From Eledone cirrhosa (Eukaryota), in assembly GCA_964016885.1 (NCBI GenBank), contig OZ024749.1:51770001-51834000 (forward strand): a stretch of 64,000 nucleotides of DNA, given 5' to 3'. The notes beneath the pieces are model-generated. The model had not been told where the DNA came from, made no database searches, and saw only the letters and a list, made by a program, of their open reading frames with translations. Both the position numbers and the translations under genes were made by a program. Numbering within the stretch: the stretch's first letter is position 1; each line of letters opens with the position of its first letter. Shown piece by piece: positions 1 through 13,740 of this stretch.

Positions 1-21
1 GTAACGCGTTTACCTCTCGTA

Positions 22-400
22 GGCAGGGAATTAGCAGAGTCGTTAGAATGTTGCATAGAATATTTATGGCACTCGTTCCGACTCTCTGCTCTCTGAGTTC
101 AAATCTCGCCGAAGTCAACTTTGCCTTTCATTATTCCGGGATCGATAGAATATACTATCAGTCATCTACTGCGTCGATTTAGTTGTATGATATTTACACC
201 AAGGAGTCGTTAGAATGTCGGATAGAATGCTTTGCGCTATTTCGTTCCGTCTCTCTGCTCAATGAGCTCAAATCTCATTAAGATCAACTTTGCCTTTTAG
301 CCATTTATGATCGATATTAAAAAAAGGTGCCATTCTAGTACTGGGGTCCATTCTTCCTCTATATCTCTATAATGTTCAAAAGGTTACATCTGCAATCCGA
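22..400 (+). mobile_element. Dimeric tRNA-derived SINE (two head+body units in tandem)
   Basis: B-box-like GAGTTCAAATC followed by the body GTCAACTTTGCCTTTCAT..GTCGAT, occurring twice. The linker (145-230) recurs inverted at 45780-45900. Confidence 0.75.
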
Positions 401-439
401 AACAGAAACGTAGTAAATTATTATGTCATGCTTTGAGGT

Positions 440-590
440 ATAGAGTTACAGCCCTTTACGTTCTGATTTCAAATCCCGCTGAGGTTAGCTTTGCCTTTCA
501 TCCTTACAAGGGCCAATTTAATCGACTTACCCCGTCCTGCTTCGTTCAAAATACTGGCTTTATGCCTCAAGTAGAAACGATCATTATTAA
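440..590 (+). mobile_element. tRNA-derived SINE, partial
   Basis: TTCAAATCCCGCTGAGGTTAGCTTTGCCTTTCATCC and family 3' end GTGCCT..GTAGAAAC..ATTATT. Confidence 0.7.
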
Positions 591-1101
591 ATTTATATGA
601 TTGATGATATAACGTTAATTCAAACAATTGTAACAAAGACAAAGGAAGGTTAATACAGAGGAATTTTAGCAGCTTACGTGAAGAGCAATTATACGACTGG
701 TGAAATCCATCCAGATTTAAAACCTAATAAAAATCCACAAATAAAAGACATGGAAATCCACAAATAAAAGACATGGAAAACACACGAACACGAGTGTGGT
801 AATATATTGTCCTTGTTAAAAATAATGTAATTAACGCAATGTTTTTTAATTGTGAGGGTAAAACTGAAGTTAATTGATGTAGTAGAAAGGAATTGGAGAT
901 TGCTACCTCCCTGCTGCTCTGCTCCCCCCCCCCCATCACTATAAACACAGACACAGACACGGGCACCCGGACACATGCGTACTCTCTCACATACACGCAC
1001 GCACACCCACACGCATGCACTCACAGTTACAGACATATACGTTCACACGCACCCCCCCCCCCCCACCACACACACACATACACCACACACATACACCACA
1101 C

Positions 1102-1135
<34 letters not shown>

Positions 1136-1671
1136 CATATAAAGGGTGAATCTTTTCAGTTTTCGTCTACTAAATACCCAAATTCTACATTGCAACCCGT
1201 CGCCTGATTTAAAACCCTCTTCGATTGGTCATTGGGTGCCTTTAGCAATAGGCCCAGGTCCCAGATTTGGAGATACTTTTCTCCCTTCCACCAGTCTTGG
1301 CGGCCTTCGAAAGGATCCTGAACACTAACCTTCTATCCCTGACGAAACAAAACAAAAACCAAACAAACATTTGAGTGCTCTACATTTTCTATACGCATCA
1401 CATGCAGATACCAGCGCAGTCTTCTCTTTTACACACTTCTTCCGATTCCTTTCATATCCAGTATTTTTCTCTCTGTTTATTTGGGCTTCGTCGTTCATAT
1501 AGATTAACATTTATTCTGTTACAAAAGTATGTTAACTTCATAACTTTCTAGTTTTATTCCCCAAAAACTCAATATACAAAGTTCACTTTTCCCTACCAGG
1601 CAACATTAGATCAGACTTCGTAACAAAGCACCACAAAATTTGCTTTTCGCTTTAAGGGAGAGAAACATTTT

Positions 1672-1723
<52 letters not shown>

Positions 1724-2398
1724 TTTCTTTATTATCTATTTATTTGTTTATTTTGTTACCAAAAGAGAATAATGGCTTCCCGTTCGTTTTCTTACACCTA
1801 CCTTCACTACATATGTAAGGAAAAGCTGTTGGGTTTTTCTAGGAAGCTGTCTGTGTATATCGAGAATATATTGATATGATATTTCTCGTATGTTCTTAGT
1901 TATTGCTATTCCTCTATATCTGTCGTATACAAGGTCAACACCCTCTTTCTTCAACCTACCGAAAATCCCACTACATCTAACTTTACTTTCATAGTTCACA
2001 CAGAATATGCTACATTAAATCCCAACTTGTTACTTTTCGGTATCTCGATCAAGGTAAGTTCCCTGGAGGGTGAGCAGTGTTGAGAAGCAAGCTCACCCGT
2101 CTTCTTTCTTTCCTATTTACTAAAATCTTAGACTTTACTAAATTGACGTCGAAGAATTTAGGTTTCAGATTCTCAGTCCATGTTTGAAATTTCCGCTATG
2201 ATAATTCCTACAGAATTAGCTATATGAAGTAGGTTAGCAATGCATAAGGGTTCACGCTGGCAGTCTGTTTTAACCCCCACCCTTGTTATGACCTGGAGGT
2301 CAGCGGAATACGATATATTCAAGGGTGGGTGTCAGTGCAGTGTACTGTTATGACAATTCTCATATGACTAGAGTTATGATAAATGAAATAAACCTATG

Positions 2399-2509
<111 letters not shown>

Positions 2510-2640
2510 ATATATGTATATACGTGTCTGTATATGTATGTATGTATATATAAAAACTTGGCGGAGGAATTAATAATTCCACATATGAGCATACACCAAT
2601 GTGCAAGCCAGCAGAAAATATTGTGACACACACATGGATA

Positions 2641-2673
<33 letters not shown>

Positions 2674-2753
2674 CCATGTGTGTGCGTTGAATTTAAAAGA
2701 AAAAAGAAAAGTTTATGAATATATATACTTATATGTATACACTTACACATGGA

Positions 2754-2799
<46 letters not shown>

Positions 2800-2861
2800 C
2801 GAGAGAGAGACTTGTGTATACTTACATATATAAAATCTGTTATCTATATACGTATATTTAT

Positions 2862-2915
<54 letters not shown>

Positions 2916-3005
2916 GTACATACATATATATATATACGTACATACATATATATATATATATATATACGTACATACACATATATATATATATATATACACG
3001 TACAT

Positions 3006-3091
<86 letters not shown>

Positions 3092-3098
<7 letters not shown>

Positions 3099-3145
3099 TA
3101 ACAGATTAAAGTTTAAGCAAAGAATCGCTGCTTTCACCCTTAACG
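3092..3145 (-). mobile_element. (TA)n-embedded short element, family L (3' part)
   Basis: Near-identical to 23185-23236 (+), 55290-55335 (+) and 58243-58293 (-); all are flanked by (TA)n. Confidence 0.8.
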
Positions 3146-3206
3146 TATATATATATACGAACATACATATATATATATATATACATATATATATACATAT
3201 ATACAT

Positions 3207-3239
<33 letters not shown>

Positions 3240-3639
3240 ACACGTCCACATACATACATACATACATACATACATACATACATACATACATACACGTGTA
3301 GTGTTCATAGTAAACATTCATGCATGCATATGTATATTCATATAGTTTGAGACGATCTCATGCATGGTCACGTATGCGTGCATAAATGTGTATGCAAATG
3401 ATTATAACTGTATGCAAATGAATGCAAGTGGGGGGGTGGAGTACGCATGAATACGCGAGTGTACACCACGGCCTGGGAAGAAAATATACTTAAAAAATAA
3501 GAACAAAAACTTGATATATAAAATATAAAATTATGGAATTATATGAAGAACAGATCTAAATATATGGATGTTCACAAAGTTGTACAAATGGTTGGATGTT
3601 TCAGATATATCGGTATATAAATATATAACTATATAATAG

Positions 3640-4075
3640 ACTTGTGCGTATGTGTATATGTATATATATATGTGTGTGTGTGTGTGTGAATGTGTGTTTG
3701 TGTATGTGTGTGTATATATGTGTGTGTGTGAATATATACATATATATATATATATATGTTTGTGTGTATGTGTGTGTGTATGAATTTATATATATATACA
3801 CACATACACATATATACATGCACATATGTGTGTGTGTGTATGTGTGTGTGTGTGAATATATATATATATATATATATATATGTTTGTGTGCATGTGTGTG
3901 TGTATGAATTTATATATATATATATACACACATACACATATATACATGCACATATGTGTGTGTGTGTGTGTATGTGTGTGTGTGTGAATATATATATGTT
4001 TGTGTGCATGTGTGTGTGTATGAATTTATATATATATATATATATATACACACACATACACATATATACATGCAC

Positions 4076-4116
<41 letters not shown>

Positions 4117-4144
4117 TGTGTGTGTGTGTATATATGTGTGTGTG

Positions 4145-4188
<44 letters not shown>

Positions 4189-4265
4189 TGTGTGCATGTG
4201 TGTGTGTATGAATTTATATATATATACACACATACACATATATATACATGCACATATGTGTGTGT
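3640..4265. repeat. Higher-order tandem repeat of a ~120-bp compound microsatellite unit (about 4 copies)
   Basis: Recurring anchors GTGAATATA, TGTTTGTGTGCATG, ATGAATTTATA, CATGCACATATG. Confidence 0.8.
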
Positions 4266-4677
4266 GTGTGTGCTGGTCCTCCGTCGGTTAAAATGACAGC
4301 TTGAAATTCGTGAATACATAGTTATGAAAATGATGGAATCAATACAAAAATAAATAAAAAGGTGTAATTATGAAAGAAGAAATATATTTGAAAATTATAA
4401 AAAATTCAATCTGTTGTGTTGGTTGTGTGTGTGACAATGGTTGTTGATATGATGGATTATTGTTGACGTATGAGAGTGTGAGAGAGAGGGCGGCGGTGGG
4501 GGAGATTTGGATAGGGGTAGCGTGAGAGAGCAGGGGAGGGGGATGAGAGTGGGGTTTAGGGATGAGAGTGGGGAGATAAGGTTGTTGAACTTGAGATAGT
4601 GAAAGAGAGTGAGCGAAAGAGAGACGTAGAGTGAGAGAGATAGAGAGATTGAAAGAGAGACGCGGCAAAGTGGGGAA

Positions 4678-4738
<61 letters not shown>

Positions 4739-5284
4739 AAGAGAAAGCGAGAGAGAGAAGATGAGCGAAAGAGAGAAGGGTCGGAAGAAATAATTATAAC
4801 AAAGCTGGAATAACGTTAACTAGAGAATTTGTAACAACCATAATGGAAGTAACGTCTAAACCAGTCTTAAAGATCTCGTTGAGATGAGATCACCAAAGTG
4901 TTGGACGATAATAATTAAATCATCTGTTTGAAATCGTCTTTTAGGCCGTTTACTTCTTGTATGGTTTATAACAACAATGTGGTTTGGCTATGACTTACAT
5001 GTCTTACAACTTTGCTATATTTTACATTGATAAATATGTAAGTTTTATAGCTTACCAACAAGACACCAACAGGATTCTTTCACATCGAAACGAACAAGAG
5101 GTTAGAAAAACTAAGAATATGTATATCTTTTCTAAAACATACTCCAGGCTTGTTTGACGGCGATATCTGTTGCTTTACTCGTTAGTAAGCTTCAGTTTAG
5201 GTCATGCAGCTACAATTAGATGAGACCAACCATGTTAGTCAGCCATAACCGTTCTCTTGAACAGCATATCCAGCAACTTTGTAA

Positions 5285-5392
5285 GGATTAAAGGGGTAAA
5301 ATTGACCTCGGTGGGTTTTGAACTCAGAAGGAATGGAGCCGATATGAATACCGCAAAGCATCCTATCTATCTAAAGACTCTGCCAATCCGGC
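5285..5392 (-). mobile_element. tRNA-derived SINE, partial
   Basis: Reverse complement of SINE head/body (TTGACCTCGGTGGGTTTTGAACTCAG). Confidence 0.65.
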
Positions 5393-5408
5393 ATTATTTA
5401 ATGAGATA

Positions 5409-5646
5409 AGGGCGGTGGATTGGCAGTATCCGTAGAGGGTCGGACGTCATGCTAGGGCGGTGGATTGGCAGTATCGGTAGAGGGTCGTACGCCATGCTTT
5501 CCAGCATAGTTACGTCCCTTTACGATCTGAGTTCAAATCCCGCCGAGGTTGACTTTGCCTTTCATCCTTACGGGGTCGATAAAATAAAAGTACCAGTAAT
5601 GCACTGGGTAATTGCTGGCCTTGTGCCTAAAGTAGAAACAATTATT
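5409..5646 (+). mobile_element. tRNA-derived SINE with duplicated 5' head
   Basis: GGCGGTGGATTGGCAGTATC occurs twice (~5411, ~5456), followed by B box GAGTTCAAATCCC, body GACTTTGCCTTTCATCCTTACGGGGTCGATAAAATAAAGTACC (resembles the Meta-SINE central domain) and an ATT tail. Confidence 0.85.
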
Positions 5647-6274
5647 TAATGAGATATGTAGCAGTTATTTGTGTAAAGTATTATACTAATTACTATCCCA
5701 CTCCGGGGGATGAATTTTACACGTTCGTTTTGTTTTTGAAGATATTCAAAAACTCACAAGCAATTTATTCTGGTTTAGAAGTTATAATTGTGAGTAGAAA
5801 ATCAATTGAAAAACCTTCTGAAAGTCAGTTACATCTTTATATATCCAAAATAGAAATAATTATTTAGGCAATTTGAATTAGAATGGAAATTTTTCGAATT
5901 TCTTTGAAAAAAAGTTGTCAGTTTTGTTTTTGTTTTCAACATTTAATGGAGGAGATATGTTTTTACTGAATGGGAAATATGAAACAACATTTCTTCATTC
6001 ATGAAGAATGAACAAATATATGTAACATATTCTAATGAGCATTGACGAGTGAAATCCATTAACATCCGTAAGTAAAGTGAAAGCAACATAAATATTCATT
6101 AATTTGTGAAGATTTCCCTATTAATTCCTGGGAAGAAGGTTATGATGTTTATGTTAAACAAACACACACACATATATATATATGTGCGTGTGTGTGTGTG
6201 TGTGTACGTTAAGGCTTTTCCTACTATATTAAGCGTGAAACTAATATATATCATCATTGAAATTCATCGTCTGT

Positions 6275-6316
<42 letters not shown>

Positions 6317-6407
6317 TAGAGAGAGAGAGAGAAGGGGGGGGGCTGGTCGATATCGAAACAATTGTAATATACAAAAAAGTTTGTACACATGAGGCAACAC
6401 TAACTTC

Positions 6408-6812
<405 letters not shown>

Positions 6813-7442
6813 AGAAACATATATATATATATGGTATATGCTATAAAGTAGTAGCTGCCATACAGTATCATACCAGTATCATAGAAACATATATATATAT
6901 ATGGTAAATGCTATAAAGTTGTAGCTGCCATACAGTATCATACCAGTATCATAGAAACATATATATATATATGGTAAATGCTATAAAGTAGTAGCTGCCA
7001 TACAGTATCATACCAGTATCATAGAAACATATATATATATATGGTAAATGCTATAAAGTTGTAGCTGCCATACAGTATCATACCAGTATCATAGAAACAT
7101 ATATATATATATGGTATATGCTATAAAGTAGTAGCTGCCATACAGTATCATACCAGTATCATAGAAACATATATATATATATGGTAAATGCTATAAAGTA
7201 GTAGCTGCCATACAGTATCATACCAGTATCATAGAAACATATATATATATATGGTAAATGCTATAAAGTTGTAGCTGCCATACAGTATCATACCAGTATC
7301 ATAGAAACATATATATATATATGGTAAATGCTATAAAGTTGTAGCTGCCATACAGTATCATACCAGTATCATAGAAACATATATATATATATGGTAAATG
7401 CTATAAAGTTGTAGCTGCCATACAGTATCATACCAGTATCAT
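6813..7442. repeat. 70-bp minisatellite, about 9 near-identical copies
   Basis: Unit AGAAACAT(AT)nGGTAAATGCTATAAAGTWGTAGCTGCCATACAGTATCATACCAGTATCAT with period 70. Confidence 0.95.
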
Positions 7443-8047
7443 ATATATAATAAATCACTGATAAAAAGTCAATATTTTATGTTTTCTTGGTGAAACTGTG
7501 GTTCCAGCTGGAGTTGATATGATCGAGATAAACTCTGAAAGTTAAATTACTTTTTGTTTTGTTTGTTTTCTGTTGTTTTATTTTAAAGGAATATACTGAC
7601 AAATTGTTTACATGACATAACCTAAAGTCACAGCAGAACACATCTGTAATCAATAAAAGAAAATATCTCCAATCAGTAATTAGTGAAAGAAGGACGTATA
7701 TAGTTATTAGTCAGAGAAAGACAATTAACACGAAGGGTACTAATTTCTAGCCTGTCAGCACCTCATTAAGGCAACTAAATTAGATTACAAACGGAACTAC
7801 AAGAAAACTATTCTTGTTTATTTCATATTTACTCACCGTCACTTTCTTCTTCTTCTTCTTCTTCTTCTTCTATTATTATTACTATTATTTTTATTATTAT
7901 TATTATTTTGTTATGTTTAGCGTTATTTTCGTTTGAGAATTTCAAGAAGTCGAAATAATGACAAAAAAATAAAGAAAAACATTGGTAATCTATGAATGAA
8001 GACAGTGATACCAGCTTCACACTATCGATACTCTAATCAACAATAAT

Positions 8048-8236
8048 TGTTTCTACTTTGGGCACAAGGCCAGCAATTACCCAGTGTATTACTGGTACTT
8101 TATTTTATCGACCCTGTAAGGATGAAAGGCAAAGTTAACCTCGGCGGGATTTGAACTGAGAATGGCAAGGGCCGTAACTCAATGCGTCAAAGCATGGCGT
8201 CCGACCCTCTACCGATACTGCCAATCCACCGCCCTT
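8048..8236 (-). mobile_element. Full-length tRNA-derived SINE with 16-bp TSD
   Basis: TCTAATCAACAATAAT at 8032-8047 and 8237-8252 flanks a complete copy. Confidence 0.9.
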
Positions 8237-8316
8237 TCTAATCAACAATAATAATAGACAAGTGTTAGTCTCATCATGTTTTATGTGAATCTCCTTGCGC
8301 CATGTCTAAATGTATA

Positions 8317-8377
<61 letters not shown>

Positions 8378-8403
8378 TGTAATAAACAACATAAGGCAAT
8401 TAT

Positions 8404-8461
8404 TCCATTTACCAGTGGTTTCTTAAAAGCAAAAAATGTTGCTTTCAATCATCAGAATGAA
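8404..8461 (-). ncRNA. Type I hammerhead ribozyme (intact core) within a ~125-bp insert (8373-8497) in (TA)n
   Basis: Minus strand: TTCATT-CTGATGA-TTGAAAGCAA catttt TTGCTTTTAA-GAAA-CC act GG-TA-AATGGA. Stem I 6 bp, stem II 10 bp, helix III 3 bp, GUA cleavage triplet. Confidence 0.85.
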
Positions 8462-8494
8462 AAAATCCTGGTCTATTTATTGACATTGGATTCT

Positions 8495-9341
<847 letters not shown>

Positions 9342-9542
9342 ACAGAACAAAAAACTGATCCTCAACCACGTAATAAAAGTAACAAACCTTTTATATATAT
9401 ATTATGCTAGTTAATCATTCTGTTAGCTAACGTATAATAGAAGAATCATTTATTGGCACCCAAGAATAATTCTTGAGGTCCTTTAGTGCAGATGAAAAAT
9501 TGGATATGAAGAATTCTGAGATTTATAGTTTGGTATAAGAGT

Positions 9543-9650
9543 GAAGGCGCGTGGCTTAGTGGTTAGAGAATTGGATTCGCAATCGAGAGGTTGTGAGTAT
9601 GAATCCTGGACCGGTCGATGCGTTATGTCCTTGGGAAAGACATTTTATAT
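9543..9650 (+). mobile_element. tRNA-derived CORE-like SINE, partial
   Basis: A box GGCTTAGTGG, degenerate B box, CORE-like TGTCCTTGGGAAAGACA; related to 41340-41557. Confidence 0.65.
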
Positions 9651-9654
9651 ATGC

Positions 9655-9742
9655 TTTCCAGGGACTTTGTGAAAAGTAAACCTCATTTGGTCAATCCATG
9701 AGAGTATCTTGATCACTCTATAAACTTTTCACTCGACCCTTG
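9655..9742 (+). mobile_element. Mariner-type MITE, terminal fragment
   Basis: Matches the end of the family at 11075-11305. Confidence 0.6.
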
Positions 9743-9835
9743 TGTACATATATATATATATATTTAAAACAAACAGCGAAGGACGCGTTCCGGATTTGTC
9801 CGACAGACAACCTTTTCCCCCACACCGGAAAAAAA

Positions 9836-9871
9836 CCCCAGTTGATGGATGTGAATCCGAAATATATAGGG
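9836..9871 (+). ncRNA. Degenerate minimal hammerhead in (TA)n-flanked insert 9765-10112
   Basis: CCC-CAGTTGA-T-GGAT gtga ATCC-GAAA-TATA-TA-GGG; the core has 2 substitutions. A donor-like AAG/GTAACT follows. Confidence 0.55.
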
Positions 9872-10126
9872 ACTATTAAATCTCTCCCAAGGTAACTCTC
9901 TCTTGTGTTGTTATTTTTATTTTATCCTTTATACTCTTCCCTTCATTCTACACAGCTCACACATCTTATACACACCACGCATCTCAACGTACACCCACTT
10001 ACATCTCTCTCTCCACCATCGGACCTTGTTACCCGGAGATTTACCCATTTGCAAACGACTTAAAGATATTTACTTATTGTTCCACAATGCTTCAAGCAAA
10101 CTTCAATACTCTCATATATATATATA

Positions 10127-10165
<39 letters not shown>

Positions 10166-10252
10166 TTTCCAGGGACTATGTTGAAAAATAAACCTCATTT
10201 GGTCATTTCATGAGACTTGATCAGCCTGTAAACCTTTCAGTCCACCCTCGTA
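10166..10252 (+). mobile_element. Mariner-type MITE, terminal fragment
   Basis: Ends CAGTCCACCCTCG-TA. Confidence 0.65.
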
Positions 10253-10654
10253 ATTCTCTCTTCTTTTTCTTTCCTGAGAAAAAAACAAACAAACAAAAAA
10301 AATCTTTTTACGTTCAAAATAATTCTAATTTTTCTCGCCCTTGTGCACTTTCTTTATTGCTCAAGGGTTGGAAATCTCGCGAACCAAACGAAAGATAATT
10401 GAAGAATGAGCAGAAGCTAATCCCGATAGGCAGATTTTCTATTTTAAAGTCTCAGCGGCAAAAGATTAACATAAGATGCATAATGCAACAAAACCGTGTT
10501 TAATTATCGATTGCGTTAATAAAATGGCTTTGTGTATTGTGAAAGAAACCAATAATCTAATCAGAAACACAGCATAATAATGGTTGATTAAACGATATTA
10601 TATTTGAAATTTGAAAATGAAGTCGTCCCGACGCAGATAACTATTACTAAGGGT

Positions 10655-10876
10655 TGGTTTCTGATTTGGGTACAAGGCCAACAATTTTGGAATTTTGGAG
10701 AGAAGAGTGGGGAAAGTTGATTAAATCGACCACAGTGGGTGACTGGTGCTTTATTTTATCAACCCCGTAAGGATGAAAGGCAAAGTTAACCTAGGCGGAA
10801 TTTGAACTCCGAATGGCAAGGGCCGTAACTCTATGCGCCAAAGCATGGTGTCCGACCCTCTACCGATACTGCCAAT
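10655..10876 (-). mobile_element. tRNA-derived SINE
   Basis: Reverse complement of family body and head. Confidence 0.8.
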
Positions 10877-11074
10877 AATGGACTATAATAATGCTTGCAG
10901 TAATAAATCGAATAAGAGAGGTACCTAACTAATATTGGTTTCTGATTTAGGCACAAGGCCAACAATTTTGTAATGAGAGGCAGGTGATTATAACGCCCCC
11001 AGTGCGTTACTGGTACTGTAAAATGTAATTCATTATAATAAATAATTTTCTCTCTGATGACTTTTTAAAGTTAT

Positions 11075-11305
11075 TACAATGGTTTGCTGAATAGTTCATA
11101 GGCTGACTATGAAGGAGTGATGCTAGAGCTGTGAAATCTTGCATGCATTAATTTCAACTCTTCATTATAAATAACTGCATTGTTTTTTTACTCTTATTAA
11201 TAACTGCATTTCTTCTTTCCACGGATTATGTTGAAAAATAAACCTCGTTTGGTTATTCCATGAGAGTATCTTAGTCAGCTTATGAACTTTCAGCCGATTC
11301 TCGTA
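11075..11305. mobile_element. Mariner-type MITE, near full length
   Basis: Degenerate TIRs TACRAGGGT..GCTGAAAAGTTCATAGGCTGAC / GTCAGC..ATGAACTTTCAGCCGA..CTCGTA with TA ends. Confidence 0.8.
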
Positions 11306-11696
11306 TATTAGAAGACTAAATAAAATGCATTCAAATAGAGATGGAGAAGAATTATTAATCGGGAATTTATCGCCATATTCTCTGTACACTTCTTGAATGG
11401 AACAAATGGAATGAAACATGGATTCCATGTTTTACGATCTGTGATCAGCACCATTAATTATTTCTGTTGACTTTAAGAAGGGATTACGATATTTATGAGG
11501 CCCTACCCCACCACCACTAACACCACCAACGTCGCCACCACTACTATCACCACCACCACCACCACCAGCACCACCACCACCACGACAAACACCACCACCA
11601 CCACCACCGCCACCACCACCACCATTAACAGCACCAACAACCATCAACACCAGCACCTTTAAGACATCCTTTAAGCATATTGGTGTATATTAATTC

Positions 11697-11806
11697 ATAT
11701 ATAAACATATATACATAAGTTTATATACAAAGAAAATATGGGCAGCTTCGCAACGAGGCTGCCCATATTTTTATTGTACATAAACTTATTATATATGTTT
11801 ATATAT
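11697..11806. repeat. Fold-back palindrome, ~50-bp imperfect arms, 3-nt loop (11751-11753), abutting (TA)n
   Basis: AAATATGGGCAGCTTCG caa CGAGGCTGCCCATATTT with extended AT-rich pairing. Confidence 0.85.
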
Positions 11807-11825
11807 TTATGTATGAATGTGTATG

Positions 11826-11899
<74 letters not shown>

Positions 11900-11900
11900 A

Positions 11901-11969
<69 letters not shown>

Positions 11970-11971
11970 TG

Positions 11972-12003
<32 letters not shown>

Positions 12004-12009
12004 AATATG

Positions 12010-12105
<96 letters not shown>

Positions 12106-12114
12106 AATATGTAT

Positions 12115-12863
12115 ATATATAAATATGTATATATATGTATAAGTATGTACACGTACATACATATATGTATACAGACGTACAGTAGTATGTATATATATAT
12201 ACATACATGCACACATATATATATGTACGTATGGATTCACCGAACATTTATTTTAATGCTCGGTGTGTTTGTAAACAAACATCCCGTATTAAGCCGTAGT
12301 GTTCAGCAACCATCGTTGCTCGTTTGTTCAACACTGACAAAGGAACGCTGTACTAGTTTCAAGCTTATTAGCTATCGTCAGCAACGTATACTTTCCTGCC
12401 AGATTGTTGAACGTATATACTTACCTTATGCATATTAACGGCTGAGTAGTCCAATTTGCATATCGAGTGGGTTAATCGGCCGGGTGCACCGAAAACGATA
12501 AACGGAAAAAATGAAACGAAATTTCATTTTCCACTCTTAGTACGGCTGTTACTTAAATATAAATATGTACACGTACATACATATATGTATACACACGTAC
12601 AGTAGTATGTATATATATATACATACATGCACACATATATATATGTACGTATGGAGTCACCGAACATTTATTATAAACCGAGCATTATAATAAATGTTCG
12701 GTGAATCCATACGTACATATATATATGTGTGCATGTATGTATATATATATATATACATACTACTGTACGTCTGTATACATATATGTATGTACGTGTACAT
12801 ACTTATATTTAAGTAACAGCCGTACTAAGAGTGGGAAATGAAATTTCGTTTCATTTTTTCCGT
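12115..12863 (-). mobile_element. Hammerhead-bearing element: 420-nt partial tandem repeat plus inverted copy (PLE pLTR / retrozyme-like)
   Basis: Direct repeat with period 420 (CGAACATTTA at 12241 and 12661); inverted arms 12502-12676 / 12685-12863; HHR at 12345-12387; AAG/GTAAGT and AATAAA on the minus strand; (TA)-rich flanks. Confidence 0.75.
12345..12387 (-). ncRNA. Minimal type I hammerhead ribozyme
   Basis: ACGTTG-CTGACGA-T-AGCT aata AGCT-T-GAAA-CTAG-TA-CAGCGT; palindromic CTAG helix III loop and GUA triplet. Confidence 0.85.
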
Positions 12864-13404
12864 GTATATATATGTATATATATAAATATGTATATATATA
12901 TATATGTATATATATAAATATGTATATATATATATGTGTATATATATATGTGTGTAAATATAAATAAGTATATATATATATGTATATATATATAAATATG
13001 TATATATATATGTGTATATATAAATATGTATATATATATATGTATATATATATAAATATGTATATATATGTGTAAATATAAATATAAATATATATATATA
13101 TATAACACGCGTATTGTTATTGTTTCGTTTATCATAGAAGCCAGAGGCTAGAATACGCATGTGAATCTCAGAAAATTACTCTCTATATTATTAACCTTCT
13201 ATAAAAATGATGGTGGCGTTTAAAGACATAATTTAATTAGTTCACAAACTTTTGTGTGATTCCTGCCTCCGGTTATGAAGGAGAGGACGTCACGTGATTT
13301 AAACGGAAGTCCTTAAAGATCAAAATTCTTCAGTTATTAATTCGCTACAGGTAAAAATTACCGTACAGTGTTACTGAGTCAGAATTTCCGCTATGGAATT
13401 ATGC

Positions 13405-13740
13405 GATGAGTGTCGTTTTGTCCGATCAACGTAACGACGGCCGGCTGGGCTGCTCGTGAAACCAACGTTTAAAAATGACTGAGCATCACACCAATATGTG
13501 TATAACACATAATGTAATTCTCAGGAAGAAGATTCAGCATGACGCATCACGTGACATAGTTAACCCTTTTGTATTACAGTTACTGTCCATCTGATGAGCT
13601 TCCAAACAGTCTGTCTACTCGATTTCACTCAGAATGCGAGGGTCGAGTAAAAGACACTTATTTCAGATGTCTCTTGGTGTGATCGAACCTGAGACATAAC
13701 GATTACGAATCAAACTCTTTAACCATTCGGCCATACTACG
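13405..13740 (-). mobile_element. tRNA-derived SINE, second family (diverged)
   Basis: Reverse-complement head (TGGCCGAATGGTTAAAGAG..CAGGTTCGATC) and a 3' part similar to 46700-46912. Confidence 0.55.

Noticed and set aside
5409-5646. tRNA genes suggested by A/B boxes
   Set aside because: No cloverleaf; multi-copy SINE heads with body, tail and TSDs
6813-7442. CRISPR-like array
   Set aside because: No unique spacers; plain tandem repeat in eukaryotic DNA
13285-13312. GACGTCACGTGA plus CGGAAGT (CRE/E-box/ETS-like promoter cluster)
   Set aside because: No associated gene or TSS evidence; such motifs are common in transposon remnants
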